DNA from: Anaeramoeba ignava BMAN
Lineage: Eukaryota; Protista; Anaeramoebae
Assembly (NCBI GenBank): GCA_028826165.1
Contig: JAPDFW010000102.1
Span: 62,001-126,000 of the forward strand
Length of the DNA: 64,000 nt
Direction: 5' to 3'
The stretch's first letter is position 1, and each line of letters starts with the position of its first letter. The notes beneath the pieces are model-generated. The model saw only the letters and a program-made list of their open reading frames with translations. It was not told where the DNA came from and did not search any database. Shown one piece after another: positions 1 through 14,010 of this stretch. Made by a program: the position numbers and the translations under genes.

Positions 1-451
1 TAATTTTATCATGACTCCTTGTGGCATAACTAAAACACAATCTTCTAAGAAAAGCCCTTGCATTAATATCATATAATGTAAAATGATAAGCCTGTATTTT
101 TTGATCAAAACCAAAAAATCAACAAAAAAAAGTTGAAAAAAATTTTTTTTCAATTAAATCAAGTTGGAAAGTATGATTTACAACAAATAAAAAAATCATT
201 GGTTATTGGTTTTTTCATTGACATACATATACATAATAGACTCTATGTTCTATTCTGGATTTTATTACAAAGGAGGCATCTTTTGTAGGCTCTCCTAAAC
301 GTGTTTGTTGATGTTCTGTTGACATGACTTGAATAACTAATTCTTCAAGTTGTGAATTATTTTTTTTTGGATAAGTAAATATAACTGAAGGACCTTTTTT
401 TTGACAAAATTCTGAAAATATAATAAAATCTCCTGTTATTGGATTTGCCAT
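1..451 (-). CDS. SMCR8: SMCR8/folliculin-family longin (uDENN) protein, 5' part; runs off the window
   Basis: Exon 1 (451..~230) DFIIFSEFCQKKGPSVIFTYP..IQVMSTEHQ; exon 2 (91..1, after CAG) AYHFTLYDINARAFLRRLCFSYATRSHDKI. Both match recalled SMCR8 motifs DFILISEFSEQVGPQP and [24 protein letters not shown]. Confidence 0.75.
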
Positions 452-609
452 TATTGAATTATTTTTAATAAATTAAATGAAAAAATGAAAAAATGAAAAA
501 ATGAAAAAATGAAAAATGAAAAATGAAAAAATGAAAAAATGAAAAAATGAAAAATATATTTTTGGATCGTTTCTTGTGTTTATTTCTTTTGTTTATAACT
601 TAAATTTAT

Positions 610-2074
610 TCATTTCTTTCTTTTAATTTCTTCTAAATTTTCATTTTCTTCGTTTTCTTTTTCAATTAAATTTTCAATTATTTTTTCTTGTTCAACAACA
701 TTCCCATCATTTTGATCAACATCAACCTTTCTCTTCCTATTATCTGCAATAGCGACCTCTTCAGGAAGCCTAAAACTAATACAGAGCATATCTTTTTTAG
801 TTGAAACAGAACGAATATTTCGACAAGAAAAATTGCGAATTTGAAAATCCAAAATTTGGTTAATTCTTTGGATTGCATCTTTTTCCTTATCAACCTCCTT
901 CGAAAAACAATAGCAATGAATCATCGGCATCTGAACTTGATGGTACACTGGGGTTGAAGGTAAAAAGCTTAATATACCACGGAAAACATCAAGGAAAAAA
1001 ATGGACAACTTGGGGAGGTTCATTATAAAATGAGAGCAAAACTGAGTCGGATCACAATTATGGTTTGTTTGCCAATCGCTCACATACTTCTTGACAAACT
1101 CTCTGGCGTCGAGATTGAAAGGGATTATATTGCTCTCAACTTGATTTATTTTTGCATTTAATTTTAAATAAAAAAAAGAATCCGGATTCAAATCATTAGC
1201 GTACACTAACGCTCCCCTTTTTGCTGCACGAACCGCAAATGGTCCGATTCCACAAAACATATCGCAGATTATTAATGGAGAATTTTTGGGTGTTTTTGTG
1301 GAGAAATCTGCGAAAAGACTTGTTGTCAACCGTTCATGTTCTGTTTGCAATCTTGAATTCCAATAAACTTTTGAATAATTTAAACGGAATCGAATTGAAT
1401 CACATTTTACTTCCGTTTCGAAATTTTCTTCCCCTGCAAGAATCTCCATTGGAAATACCCGATATTGATTTGAAATCATGTTTGTTTTGTTGACAACAGT
1501 TTTTATTTTTGGATTTTTGTCAAGAATTACTTCCCCAATTATTTTTTTGTATTTAAGTAGGTTTTCTTTTAGATTTAAGTGTGCAATGTGTCCTATTGTT
1601 TCGAAAGATGTTGGTAATTCGAGTTCTTTTGGTAATATTTTTTCGAGAACTTGTTCTTTAAGAAATGAATATAAAAATCAAAAAGAAATTCAAATTCAAA
1701 TTCAAATTCAAATTTTAAAATTAAAATTAAAATTAAAAAGAAAATCAATATCAATTTTTAAAATTCAAACTTGAAGTCAAAGAATCATATCCAATTTTAA
1801 CAGAATATTCAAACGGTTTGATTGATTTTTCTTCAAGTATTTTCTTTTTTTCTTCTTTTAATCCATTCAATTTAATTGGATCTGTTATATTTTCACAAAA
1901 TACAAGTATTCTAACATTTGGATTTTCTGGATTTTTATATAAAAATTTAACTTTTGGAATATCTAAAAAATATTCTTTAAATTCTTTTATATAAAATTTG
2001 GTTTCTTTTGCTGGAATTGAAATTGCTATTAAATTTAAATTTTTTTCAAATTGTGATTTATCAAGAATTTCCAT
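610..2074 (-). CDS. TRM5: tRNA (guanine37-N1)-methyltransferase TRM5, 2 exons (2074-1771, 1655-610)
   Basis: Motifs PTSFETIGHIAHLNL, VYWNSRLQTEHERL, DMFCGIGPFA, ANDLNP, HFIMNLP, IHCYCFS. A GT-AG phase-1 intron joins the two ORFs. Confidence 0.93.
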
Positions 2075-2383
2075 TTAGAAATAAAGAAAGAAAGAAAGAA
2101 AAAAATGATTTTTTTTTAATTTGATTTAATTTGATTTATTTTTTGTTTCTTCTTTCCAAATAATTTTTTTAATTTTGTTTTTAGAAATTTGTTTGCAATT
2201 TCAATTTAAAAATAGATTTGAATATTTTCAAAAATAAAAAGAAAAAAAAATCATTAACAAAAATTCTCTAAAAAAAAAGATAGAATAACCTAAATTAGGG
2301 AAAAATAACGGAAAAAAGCAAAAAAAAAAGAGAAAAGAAAGAAGAACCAAAATGGATGAGAATAAAAACGATTTTAAACAGAA

Positions 2384-5300
2384 TTAATTCTTTGATTTTT
2401 CTTTCTTTTTTGGAAGAGATTTTTTTCTGGGACTTTTTTGAGTTGGAGAAGGATTTCTATGATTCAAATCACCAAATCTTCTTGAGATTATATTTTGGAT
2501 TTTTTTTCCATAAGGAAGATTTCTAATAGCAGATAAATGGGGTCTAATCATTTCACTTAAAGCTTGAGCTTGATCAGGATCAGCGACTCTTAATGAAGTT
2601 TGGACCACATAATTTCCATAAGCATCACAAAGTAATTGTTTCATTTTTGTTGAGTCTTTTGATAATTCTTTGATTATTACATTTCTTAAATGCAAGTTAT
2701 TAATATTTAAACATTTTTCAACTACATTTGATGAGAATTTTTGAGTTGAAAGTTCGAATAAATTTGTCTTCATTTTTTCTTCAAATTCTTCTGGAATGTC
2801 TCCTCTTTCTAAAACATATTGAATCACGTAGTTTGCAAATGGATCTTGCATTAATTCTACTGAATGTTCAACGACTACTTTGATAAGTGCTGTTCTTTGT
2901 GAATCTATTGCTGCATCTAAACATCTTTGCATAACACAACATCCGTGTTTGTGTGTTGCTATTGATGTACAATTTCTTGCGACTTCATCGAAAATGAACT
3001 TTTATTTTTTAAATTTTAATTTTATAAATTAATTTCAATTTTAATTTTTTAAATGAATTTTAATTTTAATTTTAATTTTAATTCTAATTTTGATTTCAAT
3101 TTAAATTTTAATTTTAATTTTAATTTAAATTTTAATTTTAATTTTAATTTTAATTTTAATTTTATAAATGAATTTTAATTATAATTTTAATTTTAATTTT
3201 AATTTTAATTTTAATTTTAATTTTAATTTTAATTTTAATTTTAATTTTAATTTTAATTTTAATTTTAATTTTGATTTTAATTTTAATTTTAATTTTAATT
3301 TTAATTTTAATTTTAATTTTAATTTTGATTTTAATTTTAATTTTATTTTTAATTTTAATTTCAATTATAATTTTATAAATGAATTTTAATTTTAAATAAT
3401 TGGATTTCTTCTTCAAATCATATACTTGAGTTGCTTCAGAAGAAAAACGATTTAAACAACGTTGAATAACATGATTTCCATTTGGACTATTTGAAAGAGT
3501 AACAACAAAAGGACGAATAATACTCAAAAACAAACGAATTTCCTCATCAGTTGACAAAGATTCAATCATTTTTTGAGTTGCTCTTGTTCCATAAGGATTT
3601 AAAGCAATCTGAGAAATTGAAGGTTGAATTGCTGTTATCATTTGAATTCTTTGAGTTGGAGCACAATATTCTAATAATTTTTGACACAAATAATTTCCAT
3701 AAGGATCAATCATTAATTCACTAAAATGATCAATAACTTCTGAAAAAATCATCGAAATAATTTGATCATTTCCTTCTTCAATTTGTTTCTGAAGAAATCT
3801 GCATCCGCTTTGATCGCGGCTTAATGAATATACTTTTCCTTGAATTTGTGAAATATCTGTTATTCCATATTGATTTGTTGGATAATAATTTGGTCCATAT
3901 TGATATGTTGATTGAACTGAGTGACTTCTTTGAATATCTGAATAATATGGATAATCTTGATAATCTTCATAACTCATGTTTTGTCCTGTTGTGTAATTCA
4001 TTTGTTGTTGTGGGATTATATTTCCTTGTTTCTTTTAATTTTAATTTTAATTTTAATTTTATAAATGAATTTTAATTTTGATTTTGATTTTAATTATAAT
4101 TTTAATTTTATAAATGAATTTTAATTTTAATTTTAATTTTATAAATGAATTTTAATTTAAATTATAATTTTAATTTTAATTTTAATTTTGATTTTAATTT
4201 TATAAAATGAATTTTAATTATAATTATAATTTTAATTTTAATTTTGATTTTATAAATGAATTTTAATTTTAATTATAATTTTAATTTTAATTATAATTTT
4301 AATTTTAATTTTAATTTTAATTTTAATTTTATAAATGAATTTTAATTATAATTTTAATTTTATAAATGAATTTTAATTTTAATTTTAATTTTAATTTTAA
4401 TTTTATAAATGAATTTTAATTTTAATTTTGATTTGATTCTAAAAATTTACTTCAAATGAAAAAGATTTTTTATGTCCAAATCGTTTAATTTTTGGAGTAT
4501 TATTTAGATTATTTTCAGGATACATCATTAAATTTTGTTCTTGATAACTTTGATTCCTATTTTCAAAAGCATGATTTGATAAAAGATATTGAGTATTTTC
4601 AGTTGAAATATTTCTATTTTCTTGTGGAATTCTAACTCCCAGTAACTCCCAATAATTGTTTTAATCTTTGAAAAAAATGAATTTTAATTGAAAAAAATTT
4701 AATTGAAAAATTTTAATTGAAAAATTTTAATTGAAAAATTTTAATTGAAAAATTTTAATTGAAAAATTTTAATTGAAAAAATTTATTTACCACTTATATA
4801 TCTTGAAGGTAAAGGTCGAATAAGAGATGGTGATTGTTCTTTTTGTTGAGAAGATGAAAAATAAGGTTGTGGTTGTGTTTGTTGTTGTAATTGAGGATTT
4901 TGATCTGGAATTTTTGTTTCATTTTGAATTAAAGAAGATTCTTTCAATTTACTTTCATTTTCTTGATGATCATCATTTTCACCATCAATTAAATAATCAA
5001 TAGGAGAAGGAGGTTGAAAAATAGCATGTCTTGGAGAATCAACACCATTTCCTTTAATCAAAATTAAAATTATAAATAAAATTAAAATTAATATTAAAAT
5101 TATAATTAAAATTATAAATTAAAATTAATATTAAAATTAAAATTAAAATCAATATTAATATTAATATTAAAATTAAAATTAATATTAAAATTAAAATTAA
5201 AATTAAAATTAAAAATTAAATATTAAAATTAAAATTAAAATTAAAATTAAAATTAAAATTAAAATTAAAATTAAAATTAAAATTATAATTATAAATTAAA

Positions 5301-6150
5301 ATTAAAATTAAAATTAAAATTAAATTCATTTATAAAATTAAAATTAAAATTAAAATTAATTTATAAAATTAAAATTAAAATTATAATTAAAATTAAAATT
5401 AAAATTAAAATTAAAATTAAAATTAAAATTAAAATTAAAATTAAAATTAAAATTAAAATTAATAATTAAAATTATAAATTAAAATTTTTTTCTTTTTAAT
5501 TACCAAATTCATCTTGTGAAATTAATTCCATCCGTTTTTGTTTTAATTCTCTTTCTAAATTTAAATTTTGAAAATTTAAATTTCCAATATCAGAATCACT
5601 TTTTGATAAATAAGAATTTTTATTATTGTTTCCAAAACGGAATTTTGATCCAATTCTTTCATCAAATGATCGAAATAATTCTCTTGTTTCTTTTTCTCTT
5701 TCTTGTGGTATTTTTCTTTTTTGTTTATTCATGAGTTGACTTAAATCACTAAATTGATAATTTGGAATTCTTTTATTTGCTTTTGGATGATTTAACGGAA
5801 TTGAAAATGGTTGAGAATGAAGATTTAATTTTTGGAAATTGATTTGACTTTGATTTGAATTTGCATTTGCGTTTGCATTTTGATTTTGATTTTGATTTTG
5901 ATTTTGATTTTGATTTTGATTTTGATTTTGATTTTGATTTTGATTTTGATTTTGATTTTGATTTTGATTTTGATTTTGATTTTGATTTTGATTTTGATTT
6001 TGATTTTGATTTTGATTTTCAATTTTCTTTTGTTTTTTTTGTTTTTTGTCGCTTTTGATTTTGATTTTGATTTTGATTTTGACTTTGATTTTGTTCTAAA
6101 TTTTGCTTATTTTCAATTTTCTTTTGTTTTTCTTGTTTTTCAATGTAAAA
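2384..6150 (-). CDS. Pumilio/PUF RNA-binding protein with long low-complexity N-terminus (5' end approximate)
   Basis: Puf repeats SRDQSGCRFLQ, DPYGNYLCQKL, NPYGTRATQK, NGNHVIQRCL, HKHGCCVMQRCL, DPFANYVIQ, QKFSSNVVEKCL, DAYGNYVVQ. Several exons separated by (TTTTAA)n-filled introns. 5880-6020 encodes (NQ)n in frame with the 5732 ORF. Confidence 0.9.
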
Positions 6151-6525
6151 ATATATAAAATGTTCTTGATTTAAGGAAATAAATGTGAAAAGAAAAATGA
6201 AATTGAAAAATTAAAAATTAATTAAAAAGGGAAAAATTTTTTTTTGTTTTTGTTTTTAATTAAAAATTTTTATTTTTCATTCAATTTTTCATTTTTCATT
6301 TTTTAATTATTTAAAAATATATAAAATAAAATATTGTTGGGAAAATAAGGAAAAATAAAAAGTTAAAAAATGAAAAGAAAAATGAAAAAAAAGAAAAATT
6401 GGAAAAAATTAAAAATTAAAAAGAATTTGGAAAAAAATTATTTTTCTCCTTTTTGTTTTTAATTAAAAATTAAAATTTTTAATTTTTAAATTTTTCATTT
6501 TTCATTTTTTTAATTTTATAAAATA

Positions 6526-7219
6526 ATGGGAAGAATTTTAAAATTTTAATTTTGTTTTAAAATTTTAATTTTTAATTTTAATTTTAATTTCAATTTTTTA
6601 ATTTTTTTAATTTTGAAAACAAATTAAAAATTGAAATTACACAATTTTAATTTTAATTTTAATTTTAATTTTGAAAAAGAATCTAATTTTAATTTTAATT
6701 TTAATTTTTAATTTTAATTCTAATTTTGCAAATTTTGATTTTAATTTTATTTTTAATTTGGAATTTTTAATTTTAATTTTAATATTAATTTAAATTTTAA
6801 TTTTATAAAATGAATTTTAATTTTAATTTTAATATTAATTTATTTTTAATTTTAATTTTTTAATTTAATTTTAATTTTAATTTTAATTTTAATTTTAATT
6901 TTAATTTTAATTTTAATTTTAATTTTAAATTTAATTTTATAAATGAATTTCAATTTAAATTTTAATTTTAATTTTAATTTTTAATTTTAATTTTAATTTT
7001 AATTTTAATTTTAATTTTAATTTTAATTTTAATTTTAATTTTAATTTTAATTTTAATTTTAATTTTAATTTGAATTTTAATTTTAATTTTAATTTTATAA
7101 ATGAATTTTAATTTTAATTTTAATTTTAATTTTGATTTTATAAATGAATTTTAATTTATAGAACAACATCCGCTATTACAGCAAGAAGTACAATTCGTCG
7201 TCTTCGTGAAACAAATTAG
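6526..7219 (+). CDS. RPL37A: 60S ribosomal protein L37a (eL43); last exon intact, upstream exons garbled
   Basis: Exon 7162-7219 after TAG reads TTSAITARSTIRRLRETN*, matching the eL43 C-terminus (TTSAVTVKSAIRRLKE). Remnants: ATG GGA AGA at 6526 and a KQIK(K)IEITQ-like stretch at ~6617-6645. Confidence 0.7.
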
Positions 7220-7693
7220 ATTTATATCTCAATTTTTTCTCAATACAAAAAAAAATATATCTTCAACCTCTTAAAAATTTAAAAAAAAAAGAAAAGAAAT
7301 CATTTCCTAATTTTCTTTTAAATAATTTTCTTACATTTCTTTCTTTAAAACAATCAAAAAACTCTTTTTTTTTTCCAATTTAAAAAGAAACTTAAAACAT
7401 TTAGAAAATAATAAACAAGTTTTATTGAAAGAAAAAAAAAAGATTATTTTTATCATTTTTTTAAAAAAAAACAAATTTAATCAAAATGAATAGAATTTTA
7501 AAAAAAAAATCCTTTATTAAATGAAAATATTCTTCAAACTCGACAAAAACTAAATTCGAATTTTTTTTTTTGGAATTAAATTTTGAGTTTGTTTTGTTTT
7601 GTTTTGTTTTGTCTTGTCTTGTTTTTGATTAAAAATCCAAAAAATCAAAAAAAAAAAAATTGGAAAGAAAAATTAATGAAAGAAAAAAATTAA

Positions 7694-10544
7694 TTAAAGA
7701 TTATTATATTGTTGTCTTGAAGTTTTATATTTTCTAATGAACCAACCAGCCATAAAAGTAACAGAAGCTCCCATTGTAACAAACAAGAAAACATAACTAC
7801 CTTTAACTCCTGTAGGAGAAGAAGAAGCAGCAAGAGGACAAGGAGAAGATGATGGACATGGTGAATATGAAGGAAATGGTGGACAAGTTGGACAAGGTGT
7901 TGTTGTTGGACAAGGTGAATTTGATGGACAAGGAGAAGATGATGGACATGGTGAATATGAGGGAAATGGTGAGCAACTTGGACAAGGTGAATTTGTTGGA
8001 CAAGGTGATGCTGTTGGACAAGGTGAACAACTTACACATGGTGATATTGTTGGACATGGTGATATTGGATTTAGTGGACATCCTTAATTTTAATAATTTT
8101 AAATAAATTTAATAAATTTCATGTTTTTGAAATAATTTTAATAAATTTAATAAATTTCATGTTTTTGAAATAATTTTAAATAAAGTTAATAAATTTAATG
8201 TTTTTGAAATAATTTTAATTAAATTTATTAAATTTAATGTTTTTGAAATAATTTTAAATAAATTTAATAAATTTCATGTTTTTGAAATAATTTTAAATAA
8301 AGTTAATAAATTTAATGTTTTTATAATAATTTTAAATAAAGTTATTAAATTTCATGTTTTTGAAATAATTTTAAATAAATTTAATAAATTTCATGTTTTT
8401 GAAATAATTTTAAATTAAATTTATTAAATTTCATGTTTTTGAAATAATTTTAAATAAAGTTATTAAATTTCATGTTTTTGAAATAATTTTAATTAAATTT
8501 ATTAAATTTCATGTTTTTGAAATAATTTTAATTAAATTTATTAAATTTAATGTTTTTGAAATAATTTTAAATAAAGTTATTAAATTTAATGTTTTTATAA
8601 TAATTTTAAATAAATTTATTAAATTTCATGTTTTTGAAATGGTTTTAAATAAATTTTTCTTTTTATTTCTTACCATGAGCAGTAACAAAAGTTACTTCTG
8701 TTCTTGGTGGAGTTAAATGATCATTTTCATAAACATCCAATAAAACAGCTAAATTTTTTTTTAATTAAAAAAATCAAATAATAAATAATTAAAAAAATCA
8801 AATAATTAAAAATATTTACGAGTTATTATTGATGGTTCGCAAACAAAATCAATTCTTAAAGAATGTGAAACAGTTTGACCTGATTGAACTTGATAATATA
8901 ATGCAATACCATCACTACTATCATTACTTCCAGGTAAATAGGAATAACTTGAAGTATTAAGTTGACCTAAAGAAGTACAAGATCCACTTTCATTCATCAT
9001 CCAACCAGTAAATTCATTATCAACACAACACTAAAGAAATAAAAATAAAATTAAAATTAAAATTAAAATTAAAATTAATATTAAAATTAATATTAAATAT
9101 TAAATACAGTGCAGTTTGTTGCATTTGTAACATTTTGGCAAACACCAATCCAGAAATTAAGATTTCTAAAACCATCAAAAAAATAATAATTATTTTTCAA
9201 AGTTTGAAGATTATATAAATCATTTGCAAAGATAGTTTTGCAAAGAGAAGGATCAGGAGTAGGAGAAGGTTCAGGAGAAGGTGTTGGTTCTAAACATGCC
9301 ATATCCGATGCTACATTTATATGTATTGATGGTGGTGTTGTTCCAAGTTCAAATGTTGAAATGATTGAAAAATGTTCGCTTTCTTGACAAAATGCATTGT
9401 AAGTCATCACTCGTGATGTTTTGTTGTTTTGCATTATTCGATATGTTAAACTAACTCCCATGTTTGTATTGTTCACATCTTTATATCATTTCAATTTTAT
9501 TAATAAAATTATAAATAAAAATATTAATAAAATTATAAATTAAATTTATAAATTAAATTATAAATAAAAATATTAATAAAATTATAAATAAAATTATAAA
9601 TTAAATTATTATTAAATTTATAAATTAAATTATAAATTAAATTATAAATTAAATTATTATTAAATTATAAATAAAATTATAAATAAAATTATAAAAATAA
9701 ATAAAAATTATAAAAATAAATAAAAATAAAAAATATAAATAAAATTATAAAAAAATTATAAAAAATTATAAAAAATAAAATTATAAAACAAAAATAAAAA
9801 TAAAATTATAAATAAAATTATAAATAAAATAAATAAATAAAATTATAAATAAAATTATTAAAATTATAAATTAAAATTATAAATTAAATTATAAATTAAA
9901 TTATAAAATAAAATTATAAATAAAATTATAAATAAAATTATTAATAAATTTATGGATAAAAATATAAATAAAATTATAAATAAAATTATTAATAAATTTA
10001 TGGATAAAAATATAAATAAAATTATAAATAAAATTATTATTAAAATTATAAATAAAATTATAAATAAAATTATAAATTAAATTATAAATAAAATTATAAA
10101 TAAAATTATAAATAAAATTATAAATAAAATTATAAAATTAAAATTATAAATAAAATTATAAATTAAATTATTATTAAAATTATAAGTAAAATTTATGGAT
10201 AAAAATACCCAAATAATCCCAAGTTTCGTTATAATTAGTAGAACCCCAAGCATCACAACTAGAATTAGTATCCATTGTAAAACCAGTATAATTATCAAGA
10301 TTAGTACAACAAGGACAAATAGTTTGATTGACAGGATTTAAAGGACCACATAAATTGTAAATATAAAGAAGAGATTCTGAAGTGTCAAAATAATAATAAT
10401 TTGTGTCATTTTTTCGTGCAGGGTTAAAGTCATATGTATGTGATGTTGTTTCCCAAATGCATGTTTGTGTTTTGACATTCACAAATAACAAAAAAATGCT
10501 TGAAATTAACAATAAAACACGAAACCTAATTTTTATCGAAACAT
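7694..10544 (-). CDS. Type-I membrane protein with two mannose-6-phosphate-receptor-homology (MRH/ATG27-like) domains, Cys/Pro stalk, TM helix and C-terminal YNNL
   Basis: Signal-like N-terminus; MRH-like TYDFNP..YIYNLCGPL and YNLQTL..NFWIGVCQNV..RIDFVCEP; PTPSPEPSPTP linker. Last exon has (SPCPxx)n then GSYVFLFVTMGASVTFMAGWFIRKYKTSRQQYNNL*. The start needs one homopolymer correction. Confidence 0.65.
8085..8655. repeat. Intronic ~38-bp minisatellite
   Basis: Repeated AAATTTCATGTTTTTGAAATAATTTTAAATAAATTTAAT-like units inside the MRH gene. Confidence 0.85.
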
Positions 10545-10826
10545 CAATTTATTTTGTTTTGTTTTTTTTTATTTAAAAAATTTTTTTTTGTTTTTTTATT
10601 AATAATAAAATTAAAATTAAAATTTAAATTTAAATTTGAATTAAATTCCCAACATTTTTTAAAAAAGAAAGAAAGAAAGAAAGAAAATGAAAAAAATGAT
10701 AAAAATTTTTTTAATTTATTTTTTTTTTATTCTAAAAATTAATAATTATTTTTTTTTCTTAATAATTTATTATTTTTTTTTATTTTATTTTTTTTTCATT
10801 TTTTTTTTCATTTTTTTCCTTTTATT

Positions 10827-13707
10827 ATGTCACAAACTGCAAGAAAAAATTTTGAGTTAGCTAATCAAATCAAAGAAATTTCTGAAGAAGATTTATACAA
10901 ATATGATGCAGATCTCCAAAACACAATAATTACAACTCGTCCTTGGAAAGAAGACCCTCATTATTTTAAAAGAGTTACTATTTCTGGGATTGCTTTACTT
11001 AAAATGGTATAAAACAAATTAAAATTAAAATTCATTGAAGTTCTTATTTTTTCTCTTTTTTTTTAATTTAAAAAAGAAGAAAAAAAATCAAAATAACAAA
11101 ATTTTATTCAATTCCAAATATAAATATAAATATAAATATTAATATAATTATAAATATAAATATAAATATAAATATAAATATAAATATAAATATAAATATA
11201 AATATAAATATAAATATAAATATAAATATAAATATAAATATAAATATAAATATAAATATAAATATAAATATAAATGTAAATATAAATATAAATATAAAAT
11301 AAAATATAAAATATAAATATATAAAATATAAATATAAATATAAATATAAATATAAATATAAATATAAATATAAATATAAATATAAATATAAATATAAATA
11401 TAAATATAAATATAAATATAAATATAAAATAAATAAACATAAACATAAAATAAAAATATAAATATAAAAATATAAAAAATAAACATAAATATAAATATAA
11501 ATATAAATATAAATATAAAAATATAAATAAACATAAATATAAATATAAATATAAATATAAATATAAATATAAATATAAATATAAATATAAATATAAATAT
11601 AAATATAAATATAAATATAAATATAAAATAATATAAAATATAAATATAAATATAAATATAAATATAAATATAAAAATATAAAATATAAAAAAAATAAACC
11701 CAAAAATATAAACATAAAATATAAATATAAAATATAAATATAAATATAAATATAAAAATATAAAAATAAATAAATAAATAAAAAATATTTTAAATAAATA
11801 TAAAATACAAATAAAAATTTAAAAAAAAAATATAAATATAAAATAAAATATAAAATAAATATAAATATAAATATAAATATAAAAATAAAATATAAATATA
11901 AATATAAATTTATTTTATGTATTTTCTCAGGTTATGCATTATAAATATAAAAATGGAGGAAATGAAGAAGTTATGGGGTTAATAAAAGGAAAAAAATATG
12001 GAGATAAATGTTTATAAATTTAAATATGATTATAAATATTTGCAAATATAAATATAAACAGAAATATAAATGTAAAATGCACAATAAAGAAATATAAATA
12101 TAAATATAAATATAAATATATTTAGAAAATATTAAAACATTTTTTGTTTTTTTTTTACAAAAAAAAATTAAAATCAAAATTAAAATTAATGCAAGGAAAA
12201 AATTAAAATTAAAATTCATTTAAAAATAAAAATTAAAATTAAAATTAATGGTTATTTGCAATCAAACAAGTTTGTTTCTTTTAAAATTAAAAAAAATTAA
12301 AAATTAAAATTAAAATTAAAATTAAAATTAAAATTAAAATTAAAATTAAAAAATTTAAAAATTAAAATTTAAATTAAAATTAAAATTAAAATTAAAATTA
12401 AAATTAAAATTAAAATTAAATAAATAATTAAAATTAAAATTAAATTAGGCTGGTCGTTTAGAAAATGCTATTGGATGGTATCATTCACATCCAGGTTATG
12501 GATGTTGGATGTCAGGTGTTGATGTTTCAACACAATTACTTCAACAACAATTTAATGAACCTTGGCTTGCTATTGTTGTAAATATTTATAAAAATGAATT
12601 TAAAAATAAATTTAAAAATGAATTTAAAAATGAATTTAAAAATAAATTTAAAAATGAATTTAAAAATGAATTTAAAAATGAATTTAAAAATGAATTTAAA
12701 AATGAATTTAAAAATGAATTTAAAAATGAATTTAAAAATAAATTTAAAAAAATGAATTTAAAAATGAATTTAAAAATAAATTTAAAAATAAATTTAAAAA
12801 TGAATTTAAAAATAAATTTAAATTTAAAATAAATTTAAAAATAAATTTAAAAATGAATTTAAAAATAAATTTAAATATAAATTTAAAAATAAATTTAAAA
12901 ATGAATTTAAATATAAATTTAAATATAAATTTAAAAATGAATTTAAATATAAATTTAAATATAAATTTAAAAATAAATTTAAAAATAAATTTAAAAATAA
13001 ATTTAAAAATAAATTTAAAAATAAATTTAAATATAAATTTAAAAATGAATTTAAAAATGAATTTAAAAATGAATTTAAAAATAAATTTAAAAATGAATTT
13101 AAAAATGAATTTAAAAATAAATTTAAATTTAGGTTGATCCAAAAAGAACAATTTCATCAGGAAAAGTTGAAATTGGAGCATTTAGAACTTATCCACAAAA
13201 TTATAAACCTCCAGAAACTAAAGAATCGGAATATCAAACAATTCCAATGGATAAAATTGAAGATTTTGGAGTTCATGCAAATACGTAAATATTAAAAAAT
13301 TTATTAAAATTTATTAAATTTCATTAAATTTCATTAAATTTCATTAAATTTCATAAAATTTCAAAAACAGTTATTATTCTTTATCAATTTCATATTTCAA
13401 AAGTTCACAAGACAAGAAAGTTTTAGATTTATTATGGAATCAATATTGGTTAAATACATTATCTTCATCACCATTAATTAGAAACAAAGATTTTGTAAGT
13501 GGACAAGTTTCTGATTTATCAATTAAATTAGAAAATGCAGAACAAAAAATGCATTCAGGAGGTGGAATGCATAGAAGAAAGAAAGAAGAATCACAACTAT
13601 CTAAAATTTCAAAAGATGCTACAAAATCTGCTACTCAACAATTAAATGGTTTAATTTCTCAAGTTATTAAACATAATTTGTTTAATATACTCAATAGCAA
13701 AAAATGA
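10827..13707 (+). CDS. CSN5: COP9 signalosome subunit 5 (JAMM deneddylase), multi-exon; exon 2 garbled
   Basis: [22 protein letters not shown]|VMH; [24 protein letters not shown] (JAMM motif, 12449-); [20 protein letters not shown]; [18 protein letters not shown]; [18 protein letters not shown]. Confidence 0.93.
11117..11910. repeat. Intronic (TAAATA)n microsatellite in CSN5
   Basis: Direct reading. Confidence 0.9.
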
Positions 13708-14010
13708 TTGATTTTCTTTCATTCTTTTTAATCCTTTTATTCTCTTTGATTTTCTCATTCTTTTTCTTTCAAATTTTTGATTCCGTTTTTTTTTTTTTGA
13801 TTTGATTTGATTTGATTTGATTTCTTTTTTTTTTTTCAAAACAATTTCCATTCAAAAAATTTTAATTCAAATGAAAAATCATTAAAAAAATTTCCATTTA
13901 CAAAACATTTCCGAAAATGATTTTAAATTTAAATTTTTTTTTTTTCAAATTTTTATTTTTCATTTTTTTTATTTATCTTTTTCTTTTTTTTTTTTAAAAA
14001 AAAAATTATA

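Noticed and set aside
8085-8655. CRISPR-like regular ~38-bp repeats
   Set aside because: No unique spacers, no cas genes, eukaryotic intron; it is a minisatellite.
3168-13181. ORFs of (NF)n, (KL)n, (IY)n, (FKFI)n and similar
   Set aside because: Stop-free frames of intronic microsatellites, not proteins. The same applies at 36305-36572, 39623-39853 and 56118-57641.
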